A stretch of 64,000 nt of DNA from positions 20,274,001 through 20,338,000 of the forward strand of contig OX597836.1 of NCBI GenBank assembly GCA_951406725.2, in the 5' to 3' direction. Shown here one piece after another: positions 27,201 to 41,829 of this stretch (position 1 is the stretch's first letter; the number at the start of each line of letters is the position of its first letter). The notes below the pieces were generated by a model. The model saw only the letters and a program-made list of their open reading frames with translations. It was not told where the DNA came from and made no database searches. The position numbers were made by a program, and so were the translations under genes. The DNA comes from Octopus vulgaris. Taxonomy: Eukaryota.

Positions 27201-30200
27201 TCCTCAAACCAGGGACTGGTATCAATTGAATGTTTGCCACAGAGTGAACCCCTACTAAATTAATAGTTTGGGGTGTTAAACCATGAGATTGGTTAAATCT
27301 AGCATCCAAGGAAGCTACAAGACTTGAAGTCAGAACACAAAAGGGCTGGACAAATACCACAAAGCATCCCATTTAATGTTGAGCCAAATACACCAATTAC
27401 CACAGGAATAATTGCCCTTTTTGTCCTTACAATCCCTTTATCTCTCTGGTTAGGTCCTGGCATTTCTCAGTTTTCTTTGATACTTTCATATCCCCCTCTG
27501 TTATTGTAAAGGATTGCAAAAGTCATTGATCTTACATTGTATTATTATTCTTGTTCTTGTTGTGGTTCAACTTTAATAAACTTGTTTGGTTTCGTTAACA
27601 AACATTAACATTGTTATTTCAGAAACAAATATTTGCTCCAACAACGCAACTGGCTGTCAGAATCTGTGCTTGTTAAAATCTGAGACAGAATCTGTGTGTA
27701 CCTGCTCCTATGGACAACTTGCCGCAGACAGCAAATCTTGTACTGGTAAATTACGCATGCTTTGAGATGGTTTTTGTGCTTTCTTTAAAAAAAAAAAAAA
27801 TCATTTACTTATTGTATCATTTGTGACACTGTTAATTATTTTTGAAAGAAAATTTTGTATCATGCATTCTGTGGACAGCAGAGTTGCCAGTGATTAAGTT
27901 TCCAACAGGCCAGTTTCTGGTTCTCTGGATTTATGATGGTGAGGGTATACTTACTTGTACTTGTGATGGCATTCACCCATGGCGGGTTGAGCTGGCTTCT
28001 TCTCTGTTCCTATGTTTAAAGAGCAGGGCTGAGGACTGATCCTTGATGGACCCCTACCCAGAATTCTTTGATGAATAAGAGGAGGCTGAGGACTGATCCT
28101 TGGTGGACCCCTACCAAGAATTCGTATAACAAATATTCTGCTCAATACTACAGATTTTCTTGTCATTTACTTGACCTTAATCACTTGAGCATGTGGTTGA
28201 CAATATGTGCATCTCTGATCATGAGCAGGAGTAATGGGGGAGCATCATAGCCATGTGTTGAGAGGGATTCTTCGAGGTTTGAATAAATGTAACAAAAACA
28301 AAGTTTGAAGAAGCCATTTTTCATACTTTCTAAGGGTAAAGAAATTGTAAAATAAATAGTTTGAAAACATGCGAAACATTTTAACACAGTGTAATAAAAA
28401 GGTAAAACTGCTGTCAAAATATTCCTCACACTTCAGTTATGTGTATTAAACTCTGGATATTTCTTTTGCTAGATTATGATGCATATCTACTGTTTTCTGA
28501 AGTCACTTCTATCAGGAGTATCCACATGATTAATGAAATCAGTCTAAACGCACCTGTGCGACCAATTCAGAAAATACCAGCATGAAAATGATCACTACTG
28601 TCAACTATTAATAAAGGAAGCTAAAGTGTCTTTTACTCTGACATCCAGAGAAGTGAGATTGGAGCTATATCTTTAAAGGATTACTCATTTAAAATCCTTG
28701 CAAAAAGTAAGTTTAGTTTTTGTATTTTTTTTGTCTTTAAATTATCATCTGTTTTCATCTCATCATTTTCTTTGTCGCTGCCATCATGACCAATGCCGTC
28801 TACATCATAATTATATATGTGTATCTATAGAATAGCTGATATAAATACTGGCTTGTTTTGTTGATTGGTTGTTTGAATCACACTCTACACCAGTGATTCT
28901 CAACCATCATTTGCCTATGGACCTCTTTCATTCCTATTTTATGCTACTGAACCCCCAAGTTGAAAAAAAATCTTACTATATTTTTATTGGTGGTGGTATT
29001 ATTGTTAATATATCCAGGGCACTCTGTAAAAGGAGCTTGTGAGCAAGCAGCATTTTAGGGTCAGGAAATTTTTTTTTTTTTTAAGTTGAGAACGTGACTT
29101 ACCTCTCTAGTGCTGGTGCTGCAATAAAATGCATCCAGTACAATCTGTAAAGGAGTTAGGAAGGGCATCAGGCTGTAGAAACCAACCCCAAAAATAAAGC
29201 GATAATAAAAAATAGACAAGTATTTAATTTCAAGAACATTGATTTCAGATCATTAATTATATACCATATGATAAATCTGGATCACAAGTAATTATGACGT
29301 GACAGCATGTACTATGCTTTCACTAATTTCTTTATGTGCCTCTGAAATCACAAGTGGACATATACACCATCACAACCCTATCTAACTTGATGCTGCAGAC
29401 CCAGGATATGATAGCTAAAGGGAAAGAGGACTATCACTAGCACTCAGTTGGTACTCATTTTTTTAGCCAAGTAAAGAAATTGTAAAATAAATATTTGAAA
29501 ACATGCGAAACATTTTAACATCATAGAATATACTTATAGACACAAGAAAAAGATTGTGCAAATGTTACACATGGTCCATACTGTCATCTGGTGTAGAAAC
29601 ATGGACATTGGCAAAAACTTTATCGGACAAACTAAATGCTTTTGAAATGTGGACTTATTGAATATCTTGGAACAAAGCATAAAACTGATGGAGAAGTGCT
29701 ACAACTTGAAAATACAAAAAATGATCACTACTGTCAACTATTAATGAAAGGAAGCTAAAGTTATTTTGCTCACATACTAAAGAGCACAAGATATACAAAG
29801 GTTGTTACTAGAAGGAAAAATAAATAGCAAACACTCATAAGGAAGACTTGTAGAACAAACTAGTTTGATAACATGAAGGACGTCTGGACTACACAGTTAT
29901 ATGGTGAATGTGTAAGGCGGCGAGCTGGCAGAATCGTTAGCATGTTGGGCGAAATGCGTTGCGGTATTTCGACTGCCGTTACGTTGTGAGTTCAAATTCC
30001 GCCGAGGTTGACATTGCTTTTCATCCTTTCGGGGTCGATTAAATAAGTACCAGTTATGCACTGGGGTCGATGTAATCGACTTAATTCCTTTGTCTGTCCT
30101 TGTTTGTCCCCTCTGTGTTTAGCCCCTTGTGGGTATTAAAGAAATAGGAATGTGTAAGAATGACTGAGAAAAGACCCAAATGGAGATCCTTGATATTGAA

Positions 30201-33200
30201 CCTACTGAGAGCAGATGACATCTAAGGATGATGAAAGACTTGAACAATGAGAAAAGAGGGAATTTGCTTAAAGAAAGCCCACTACCCAGTTCAGAAACCA
30301 AACCCACTATCTTGCAATAGTGAGCTCCAGCTCTCTCACCACTAGTTTATGCAGCTTCCCATTAATTTCTGAATGAGATCATTAATCATAAATGTATGTC
30401 TGTTAATTTTAGATATTGGTTCTGCTGAAGATTTAGCTTACAGTTCTGAGCTTGACCACCTATACTGGACAAGCCACACTCACAGCTCCATTAGCCGTCT
30501 TAATGTCAATGACACAGTGGTAAATCCCAAACCAGAAGTCATCTTAGAATTAACAAAAGAAGATTATCTCCGAGCCATTGTAATCAACAGCTGTGAATCG
30601 TAAGTAGTAACTCTTCTCTCTTCAAAAAAATTTATTTGCATACACACACACACAGACACACACACTCATATTATAACTAGTAGTACTCTGTCAGTTATGT
30701 TGATGAGTGTTTCATTGATCCAATCAATGGAACAGCCTGCTCATGAAATTAACGTGCAAGTGGTTGAGCACTCCATCGACATTTGTAACCATATCATAGT
30801 TCTCGGATATTCAGCATGACACAGAATGTGACAAGGCTGACCCTTTGAAATACATGTACTACTCGTTTTTGCAAGCTGTGTGGACTGGAGTGACATGAAA
30901 TGAAGTGTCTTGCTCAAGGATACAACACACTGCCTGGTATCGAACTGACAAATTTTTACTCCTTAGCTGAATACACTAACCACTAAGCCATGCATCTTCG
31001 CATATATATCACTTAATAAACACAGGATTTAAATGTGAGCTACTGTAAATTTCATTTTCAAATTGTACAGTTATTGGATGAGCTTATAGAACATACTGTG
31101 TAATGGTGCAGGCTCTTACTATCGAAGCCTGAATCTTATACCAGCTCACATTTTAAATCCTCTTTTTATTAAAAGAGGATTTTATCAGCTCCAGATGGAT
31201 GATAGACAAAGTTGATTCGGGCAGAATTTGAACTTGAAACTTAGCGAGTGGGAAGAAATGCCACTTAGCATTCCGTCTGATGTGCTAAGGGTCCTACTAG
31301 CTCCCTACTTTAAAAGTGATAGTGATTCAGCCAGCCTGTTGGATGAAGTACTTTTTTATGTTGATTCTATCGACAATGGAACAGTATACTGCTTGACAAC
31401 TGGTATTGATCTGTTTACATCCCAGTAACTTAACAGTTTGGCAAAAGAGACTGGATAAGTTCCAGACTTATTAAAATGTAAGTCCTGGGGTTGATTTGTT
31501 CAACTAAACTCTTCTGAGCAGTGCTGTAGCATGGCTGCAGTTCAGTAACTGAGACAAGTAAAAGATTTTAAAACAAAAAAAAATTTTTTAAATTGTGTGT
31601 AAAGAGAAAAAAAAAAGTAAAATGCCAATTGTAAAATTAATAATAATATTGATGTTGTTGTTCTCAACAGTCGGATGTACTGGACTAACTGGAATATCAA
31701 AAGTCCCAGTATACAGCGAGCTTATCTCGGAGGCTATGATGTCCACTATATTATCACCACACGGATCCATATGCCCAATGCTCTTGCTATTGACCATAAG
31801 GCTCAGAAACTGTTCTGGGCTGATGCTCGCTTGGACAAAATCGAGAGATGCAACCTGGATGGAACCGACCGCAGAGTAAGTGTAAACAAGTTGCTAAAAG
31901 TATTTTTTCCAGTTGTCTGTCTTACTACGTTATTACGTAACATGCTTCATGATTTTAGTATACATACCTTATTAGAATTTCCTCCTGTGTTCTATATACT
32001 CTGGGAATGCATTAAAGCCCTTTTCAGGGCTACTTTATTTGAATTCTTACTATCGGGTAGCTAATTTCATGTTATTACATAACTGACTTCACAATTTGGG
32101 TATTCATAACTTATTGGGGATTCTTAAAAACAAGATCCTGTGTAAGACAGTTCAGTATTTTCTGTAAATTCACAAAAGCCATTTTAAGGGCTACATACTT
32201 TGTATTGTTATTGGATTGGTGAAAGAATTATGAGAATGGAACCAAGAGATAAACCCCGCTTTCCTGGGAATTACCAGGTATGTCAGCTAGTATGTGTATA
32301 TATGTGTGTGTGTGTGCACATGAAGTAAGAAAAGAGCCTCTGCATGTGTCAGAAATAGTATATATGATGTGGTAGAAATAGCAGCAAAATATTCCTCGCA
32401 TGATACCATATAATCTTGAAACATGGAATGATACATTAGATAATATAGTAAGAAATATACTCTGCCTTAAAAATGAAAAATAAATGGTCATGACTAGAAT
32501 AGGTTTGCTCCATCTGGGTTAGCTAAACAACAACAACAATCCTATGGATCACCAACATGTAATGCTGTAGTGGTGTGGCTGATACTGGTATCAAACTCAA
32601 GACCATGGGTTTTGCAAAGTGGAATAGTTTACCCGCTCTGTCATTACGTACTAATGAAATGTACCAAACTACTTACAGAATCTTCGTGAAACTGCCCCAT
32701 GGACTAAACTGATTCCTTCTAACTGTGATAGTTGCCTAGTTTCCTGTTCAAATCATTTTCAAAAGTTTGTTCTAAACATCCACACTTAGGCAGATCTTGT
32801 TCCATATGTTCTGGGTAATATAAAATTTTCCTTTCCTAAATCGAAAGTTATTCTGGTGGTTAAAAAAAACAATTGAGAATGTTTATCTTATAAAACGCAT
32901 GGATGCCAGCAAAATATGTCTTCGGTTGTGTGGGTTTGCAGGTAATTTGAAAATACCTGATGTACCTTGCACAGTTGCAGACTGTCCTTTGGCAACGCAC
33001 GGTACCTGTTCAGCCACCCTGCCAGGAATACGGTGAAGTCATGGGACTGCTGCATGGTAGATTATGAAGAGGTAGTGGAAGAGCTCAGCTGAGCCAATGG
33101 TGCTTCTTTCATTGATGCTGAGCAGAGGAACCCTAGAAGAGCAATGGTCAGAGTCACCAAGTTCTATCAAGTAAATAACTGCAATGTACTCATAGGGGTG

Positions 33201-36200
33201 GCATGAATTGGATTGGCAACAATCATAGGAACCCACAAAAGCAACAAGAAAAAAGAAAAGCTGATATGTAGGATGGCCAAAGTGTTAAAATCTGAATTAT
33301 GTTTGCTGACTTCAGTTCTCAATTTTTATGTTGTTTTTTTTTTTATTTTTGTGTATGTGTTGTATTTCAGGACATTGTTAACGCCGTCCCTCGTCATCCA
33401 TTTGCTCTGGCCGTCTATGGAGATTTCATTTACTGGACAGACTGGATTCTCAAAGCTGTCCTCCGAGTCAATAAACATGATGGTTCCGGTATAACTTGGA
33501 TGAGGAATCGTATTGCAAGACAGCCCATGGGTATCATTGCTGTGGCCAATGACACAGATGATTGTACCCAAAATCCTTGTTACCAGAACAAGTTCGGCTG
33601 TCATGATACATGTAATGTTGATCCCCATGGTCATCCATACTGTACATGTCAAGATGGTTTCATACTAATGCCAGATGGAAAATCATGCAGTGAGTTGACT
33701 TCCCTCATTAATATTTTCCTTGATTAATTACTGATGGCTTTCTTTTTAATTGCTATTGTTTGGCACCCTGCTCTATAAAATATAGTTTTTCTTTCTTTTT
33801 TTTTTTTTTTCTTGACACCTTGCTTCCTAAAAAAGGCTCCTCCTTTCTCTTTCTAAATAACAGGTTTCCACTGCTCTGAAGGTATGTTTGCCTGCACATC
33901 CAGTAACCGATGTCTAATGTCTGAGAACCGTTGTAATGGCAAAACTGAGTGTCCTGGTGGTGAAGATGAACAGAATTGTTCAGAAGGTAAATTCTGGAAA
34001 AACTGCTTTAATCTTTCTCTGTCTTTATTTCTCTCTCTCTCTCTCACTATATATATATATATATATATATATCATCATCATTTAGTGTCTGCTTTCCATG
34101 CTAGCATGGGTTGGACTATATATATATATAGTTAATCCAAACATGAAAACACAGCAACGTGAGGACGTGGAACAAGTATAGTATTATTGGATGCTCAGGA
34201 AAGAAGGAGGATTTAACCTTTCGAGTGGAGCTCTTCATCAGAAACATAGGAAAAGGAAAGATCCAAAGAAGGGAAGATGGAGGGAAAAAAAATCGCCAAT
34301 GGTACACACATGGTCACATTTTGAAAGACCAGAAGGGAATGGGTGAAGAAAAAGTTCATATATATATATATATATATGCTTGTGTCACATAAAAAGCACA
34401 CAGTACATACTGTAAAGTGGTTGGCATTAAGAAGGGCATTCAGCCATAGAAACTATACCAGAACAGTGGAGTCAGGTGCAGCCCCCTGCCTTACCAGCTC
34501 CAGTCAAACCATCTAACCCATGCCACCATGGAAAATGGACATTAAATGATGATAATATTTCTCCCTCTGTCTTTTTCTCTATTAATCATCAAACATACTC
34601 AGGGGGTTAGAGAGAGAGCACTCATGTCCCAACCCTTCTTTTTTTTCAAAACGTCCGAGACTGATAGGAACAAGGCAAGATAGTGTTCTTGGCCCCAGAA
34701 CCAAATCCAAATGCTTATAACAAAGTGTGACCTGCTAAAAGCAATTTGTGACGAGTCAGTCCTCACTTATCAGCCAGCTACTTTTCTTTTGGATTCAGTC
34801 TAGGATGTTCAACATTATATGACTCTATCAATCTATGTGTTCTGTAACTCACTTGAGACCAATTTTCAACAGAAACATGGTAACAAAAGGTGTTAATGTA
34901 CTTTAGGAGCATTTTTAGCATATTTTCTGGTGTATAAGTCAGCAAAGTATGGACTGAAAACCCGTTGTGTAAACATTCAAACAGTGTCACAACCTTTTGA
35001 AATTCTGCTGCATTTCAAATGGAATTGTTCTCTAAAGTCAGGGTATAAATTGACCAATCTCCTTTCGCTGTAAATTTTAATCTGAAAAATTCAACTCATA
35101 TTGTGTGTGTGGTAGATGTACAGGTACAATAAATGCTAGAAATGTACAGAAAATAGACTCCATCAAAACCCAGTGGAAATATTTAAAAGTAGTTGATAGC
35201 TTGTGTTATCTGAGTGACCAAGTCAGTATTAGAGATGGATGCTCTGAGAGGGTAGCTGCTAGAATAAGAATAGGCAGGGCCTCTCCCTCAGAGTGAAAGG
35301 CAGATTGTATGATGCCTGTGTGCAGACAGCCATGCTACACAGCAGTGAAATATGGGCTGAGACTGCAGAGGGCTTGCAAAGACTTGAAAGAAATGAAGCT
35401 AGTATGCTACATTGGATGTGCAATGTCAGTGTATGTACAACAGAGTATAAGCATCTTGAGAGAAAATTCGGGCATAAGAGGCATCAGATGTGGTGTGCAA
35501 GAGAGAAGACTGCACTAGCATGGTCATGTGATGCATATGCATGAAGGCAGCTGTGTGAAGAAGTGCTGATCCCTAACTGAAGAGGGAACCTGTGGAAGAG
35601 GTAGATCCAGGAAGACATGGGCCAAGGTGGTGAAGCATGATCTTCAGATGTTGGCTCTCACAAAGGTGATGACCAATAATCAAAACCTTTGGCAGTTTGC
35701 TGTGCTTGAGAAAACTCATCAGGCCAAGTAAAATCATAGTCGTGGACGTTGCCAGTAACACATGAAAGGCACCCATGATGGTGACTCGTAAAAGGCACCC
35801 AGGACTCCGTGTGATATTTTCAAAATACCTGCATACCCATAAATACCCTACACATTCATGTACTAATGTTTTTACCTTTTATTTTCTCTTGTGATTTATG
35901 TTTTTCTTTTATTTTTTTATTGTTCTTTTAGTTGAGTGTAAAGAGAACGAGTTCAAGTGTTTAAACAACAACAGCTGTATTCTAGCCTTTTGGGTTTGTG
36001 ATTCCATTGAAGAATGTAAAGATGGTTCAGATGAAGCTAATTGCAGTAAGTTTTAATTAATGTTAATTATTTCTTATTATTTCCTAGTGCTTTTCTGTCA
36101 GATCAAGCTAAGCCTAAAAGAAGTTATATTCTATATACAATCATCATCATCATCATCATTTAACATCTGTTGTCCATGCTGGCATTGGTTCGATGGTTTG

Positions 36201-39200
36201 ACCAGAGCTGGCAAGCTGGGAGCTGCATCAGACTCCAGTCTGATTTGGTATGGTTTCTATGGCTGCATGCCCTTCCTGATGCCAGCTACTTTACAAAGTG
36301 TACTGGGTGCTTTTATGTAGCACCACACAGGCACTTTTATGTGACACCACATGGATGCGTTTACAAGGTATCACACAGGTGCTCTTACATGGCATCATAC
36401 AGGCGCTTTTACCTGGTGTGGCATGGCTGCTTTTACGTGGTAGCACCACAAGTGCTTTTCAGTCTGTCAGGATTAATGAAATATGTACCAGTTGACCACA
36501 GAGATCAATATAATTGATTAGCCTCCTCCCTTAAAATTTCAGGCTATAGTAGAAAGAATTATTTTTAAGGCAGGAAGCCGGCTAAGTCATTATCATTTTT
36601 AAAGCTGGGAGCTAGCTGAATCACTATCACTTTTAAAGTAGGGAGCTAGTAGGACCCTTAGCACATCAGACGAAATGCTAAGTGGCATTTATTCCCACTC
36701 GCTAAGTTCCAAGTTCAAATTCTGCCCGAATCAACTTGGCCTATCATCCATCTGGTGCTGATAAAATAACGTACCAGTTACACACGGGGATTGATGTAAT
36801 CAATTTGTCCCCTTTTCTTGTGCCAAAATAAGAAAGAATTATTTTAACTTTTTAAGGTGGTAGAGTCATCAGCACTATCCATAAGATACCAAATTTTCTG
36901 GCTTTTGAGCCTGGTGCAGCCTCCTGGCTTGCCAGTCTTCAGTCAAACTGTCCAACCCATGCCAGCATGGAAAGTGGACATTAAACGATGATGATGATAT
37001 AAAAAGCAATTTTTTTCAGAGCTGCAATTTCTCTAAATCAGATTGCCTGCCATATCTTCAAAATTATCAATACAGCGAAATTATTTTATGGCAAAATTTC
37101 CTAAATGAGAAAGTTTCCTACAAGTTTTTCTACAGTGTGTTTTTCTGAGGCAAAAATGTTTACGGCAAATGTTCCTAGAACCCAAATAAGGAATCATTTG
37201 GATTGTGAAGGGATAGAGTTAAACACCATATGATAGACCATGTTCGCCATAAGAGGGACCACATTAACTGAATGGGGGACTATGTTAACCATACCACCAT
37301 GCTTGGTTTATATTATTTTTGTTGTATTCTTTTTTGTTTTATATCTTCAGCCTGCAAAGAAGGATTCTTTCAATGTAAAGATGGAACCTGCATTGAGGGC
37401 AAGTGGGAATGTGATGCCCATCATGATTGTGTTGATGGTTCTGATGAACACAAATTTTGTAGTAAGTAATTTCATTTCCTTAAATTAATGAACATTAACC
37501 CTTTCGTTACTATATTTCTGACCAAATTACACCCCTTATGTGTTTCAATTAATTTCTAACGTAATCATAAATTTAGTCTGGTTTCATTAAACAACTATAA
37601 CTTTTTTATTTATCGATATATCAATCTGATTTTTGGAAGATAATTTAATGAAATATTCTCAACCAATTCTATACTATAATTTTTGTTACAAAGTGACTCT
37701 AATTGCAGGTAGATACAGGTAAATTCCACAAAATATAAAATTATTAAAATTTTGTTCAAACATCGCTATAGAAAATGGGTTATTAGCTAATATTCAATTG
37801 GGTATATAACAAAATTTTACGATAGAATTTGTTATTCTGGGTAACTTTCTGATACCCATAATAATATTTACGGCAAAATAGTCTTAATTTCATTTAAGGT
37901 TGAGGGAAACCACAAACTATCGTTTCTTTTGCTTTGTTTACGTTTAGCGTAACGATTCGTCTCCGCTGTAATGATTTCAAATAGGCTCATTTGAAAAAGT
38001 AAAAAGAAATAGTCTAAGGCTTTACTCTTCTGGGAAAGTCTGTGGCTTGGTCCAGTTTCTTCAGAAAAATCACTGAAAGAAACAGTTTTTAAATTTTCAC
38101 TCCATTCAGGTGCCAATTCGTTTTCTTTATCGCTATCGGAGATCTCAGATTCACTGTTTTCACTTTCGGAAAATGAAACATCAGATTCATTATCAAATAC
38201 CACATGCTTTTTTTTTTTAGTCATAGAGTTAGATTTATGAAGGTCTTCAGTAGAAAATCCTTCGAATTCTGACTCGCTGCTTGATATAATGAAATTCGTA
38301 TCCATTTTTTGTCAGAATTACAAATTTTGAAAACACAATAGGAACAAATTTCGGAAAAAAATCTCCCAAAATTCACGGAATTAAAATTACTCTTCGATTA
38401 TTGTACAAAACTGTAGTTGAACTGTTTACGAAGTATAATACGTATTTTCACGAATGTACTGAAGAGATTTGCTCTGATATTCTCATTTAAATATGAATAG
38501 GTAAATTCGGGCGGCTTTGGGCGGTTTGGTTTCATAAACCAAAATTTTGTTCGGGCGGCTTTGGGCGGTTTGGTAACGAAAGGGTTAATAACATGCGCGT
38601 ACACACACACACACACACATACAAATAAACACTAACACACATTTCTTTGCTACCCTTTTAGTAACCTGTACCCAATGAGATCAAATCAAGAGACCTTCTC
38701 TGATCCTGCTCAAACCAGCAAAAGATTCTATACATAGTCCTTCATAACCTGAGCTTCCCGGAATCATAGGGTTCCACAAGAGGTTTCTCAGAGTTCTATA
38801 AAAAGCAATTATATGTAAATGAGTTTTGAACAATTTTTGTGTTTAATTTTTTAATTCAAATTCTGTCAAGGTTGATTTTGCCTTTTGTCCTTTCGAGGTT
38901 GATAAAATATCAGTTATGTTCTGCTTGCTGGCCTTGAGCCAAAATTTGAAACGATTATTATCATTATTGAGTGAGAGAACAATACATTTCATCAAAGTCA
39001 CACTGGGGTACAAATATATGAAGCCCAATATACCTATCATGACTACCTGTCTGATAAGGGTACCCCAGGCATATGCATCCTTTTGGGATTGATAAATTAA
39101 GTACCAGTTATGCACTGGGGTCAATGTAATCGACTACCCCTCCCCACATCCCCCAAAGTTTCAGGCTTTGTGCCTATAGTAGAAAGGATTATTATTATTG

Positions 39201-41532
39201 TTATTATTAAGACAGTGAGCTGGCAGAATTGTTAGCACACCAGGAAAAATGCTTAGTGGCATTTTGTCTCTTTTTACGTTCTGAGTTCAAATTCTGCCAA
39301 GGTTGACTTCAACTTTCATTTTTTCAAGAATGATAAAATATGACCAGTCAAGCACTGGGGGTTGATGTAACTGTTTTACTCCCTCCCCTGAACTTGTTGG
39401 CCTTCACACTTGCACCAATCTTTTTCAGCCATATTGGTAGTTGAGAACTAATACTTCCAAGTGCACTAATTACTATTGGTATCATGTCTATTCTCCTCAT
39501 TGACCACAACCTTCATATTTCCCACGTCAAATCATTATAGTTGTTTATTTTTTTCTTGTTCTTTTTCATTGATCCTGTTGACACCGGGGCATGCTATGTT
39601 CATTATCATGCATGTTCTTTCTTTTTTATTCATCACAGCAATGTCTGGTCAGGTGATCGCACCAAATCATTGCATCCCACAGGATTTTGTAATTCTCATT
39701 CTCGGTGACTCCTGGGGATTTTTGATACCACGTCTTTGCTCTTTGTAGGCCGTAATTTCTACAGAGCTCTCAATGGATCCTTCTTGCCACATTGTCATGG
39801 CATCTTTTGTATTTGCATTGTGCCAATTTCAGGCATTCGCTAACGATGTGCCATACCTTTTCACCCCTCTCACCACACATTTTGCATTTGTTACTGTCAG
39901 TAGTGTTGTCTATTCTGCACTTCACATTGTTGGTCCTTCATGCTTGCTCTTAAGCTGCGCATATGAGTGTTTTTGTCTCTATCTTCAGGTCACTCCTCCT
40001 CAGCCATAGTCATCAGTCCTCTGTATCTGTTTTTATGTTCACATCTCTTGCAAACTGACCATACATATTTTCTCCTTCCAGGCTGTTTCTTTTTGTGTTC
40101 ATTTCTTGTTTAAATTTTTCTTTCATTATACAATTCTCAGTTTTGATGACACTGGCCTTCTTCATATGTTTCAACTGTTCAGCCTTGATGATGCTGGCCT
40201 TCTATTATTGTTGTTGTTGTTTTTATTATTATTATTATTTTTATTATTATTATTGTTATCATTATTGTTGTTATTATTATTATTGTGGTTATTATTGTTA
40301 TTATTTTTATTGTTATTATTATTTTTATTATTATTATTATCATCATCACTTACTATTCTAGATCGTCCAACCTGTCACCCAGATAACTTCACTTGTGTCA
40401 GCTCCGGTCTATGCATTCCTGCCAGCTGGAAATGTGATGGTCAAAGTGATTGCCGTGACAACAGTGATGAATCAGAAGAAGCCAGTTGTCGTAAGTTACT
40501 CCCAAACCTTCCTAGTTTTTGCACTAGAACCTACCACAGCCATACTGTAACTTTTATATGTAATGTTGTTGTTGCTTAGACTCACACTCACCTCAGCCCT
40601 GACCTAGCAGAACTATGGACAAAGGTGTTATAACAGTGACCATCCAGTCTTTTTAATGTACATCATCATCATCATTAGATTTTTTTACATCCACCTCATA
40701 GAGAACATTTGTGTGTGAGAGACAGAAAGATGGATGGAAGGAGAGAGAGATCATTAGTGTTGTCACCATTGTATGTTTCTATTACATCATTTATTAAAGG
40801 GAGAGAGAAAGGGGAAGAGAACAGGTTGTTGTTGAGAGAGAAGTACAGTGAGAGGGAGAGAGAGGGGGGTGATAAATTGATAGATAGGTTGTTACCATTG
40901 TAATTAACAAGATTACATTGGTTCAATACCTTATATCTTTGGGAAATAAATTTCCCTAAATCAAAAGGTATATATTAAGCATATAATCCATATTCAATTA
41001 AGAGAAGAAAATAGAATTGATGGTTAATAATTATTTATTAATAAATTGATGATCATTCGTTCCTACAATTGTTTCAATTTTTGCTCATTCAGTAAATTAC
41101 AAATTTATGCAATAAATCTGCATTTAAAAGTTATGAGCAAAATATCATCAGGGAAATACTAGACATTAATAAATTACATGTTCACCAATCTGTTTTTTCC
41201 AGCAGATATTTTGCTCATATCTTATAAGTGCAGATTTATTGCATACATTTGTAATTTACTGAATGAGCAAAAATTGAAACAATTGTAGGAACGAATGATT
41301 ATTAATTATTAACCATTAACTCCCCATTTTCTTTTCTTAATTGAATATGGATTATATGGCACTTAAAAAAGCACCCACTACACTCACAGAGTGGTTGGCG
41401 TTAGGAAGGGCATCCAGCTGTAGAAACACTGCCAGATCAGACTGGGCCTGGTGCAGCCTCATGGCTTCACAGACCCCAGTCGAACTGTCCAACCCATGCT
41501 AGTATGGAAAATTGACGTTAAACGATGATGAT

Positions 41533-41567
<35 letters not shown>

Positions 41568-41788
41568 GGAGTAAGTACATAAATGTGAAACAAGGTGGAA
41601 AAAAGAGTACTCAAATACCAGAGGTTGAGTAATATGCTTTATTTAAAAGCAGCAGAAATATAAGAAAAGCTGTTACTCAGAGTTTCACGTTCCCATTCAT
41701 CGGACAGTTTTTTAACAAAACTGTCTGAACGGGAACATGAAACTCTGAGTAACACCTTTTGTTATATTTCTGCTGCTTTTAAATAAAG

Positions 41789-41829
<41 letters not shown>

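Noticed and set aside
28025-28122. ~58-bp tandem duplication containing CTGAGGA
   Set aside because: Minus strand is an RT motif fragment ([12 protein letters not shown]); no hammerhead stems.
28571-28627. Stop rescue by A-to-I editing or selenocysteine in exon 21
   Set aside because: The patch is LINE-derived and non-homologous in frame, so recoding the stops would not restore the blade.
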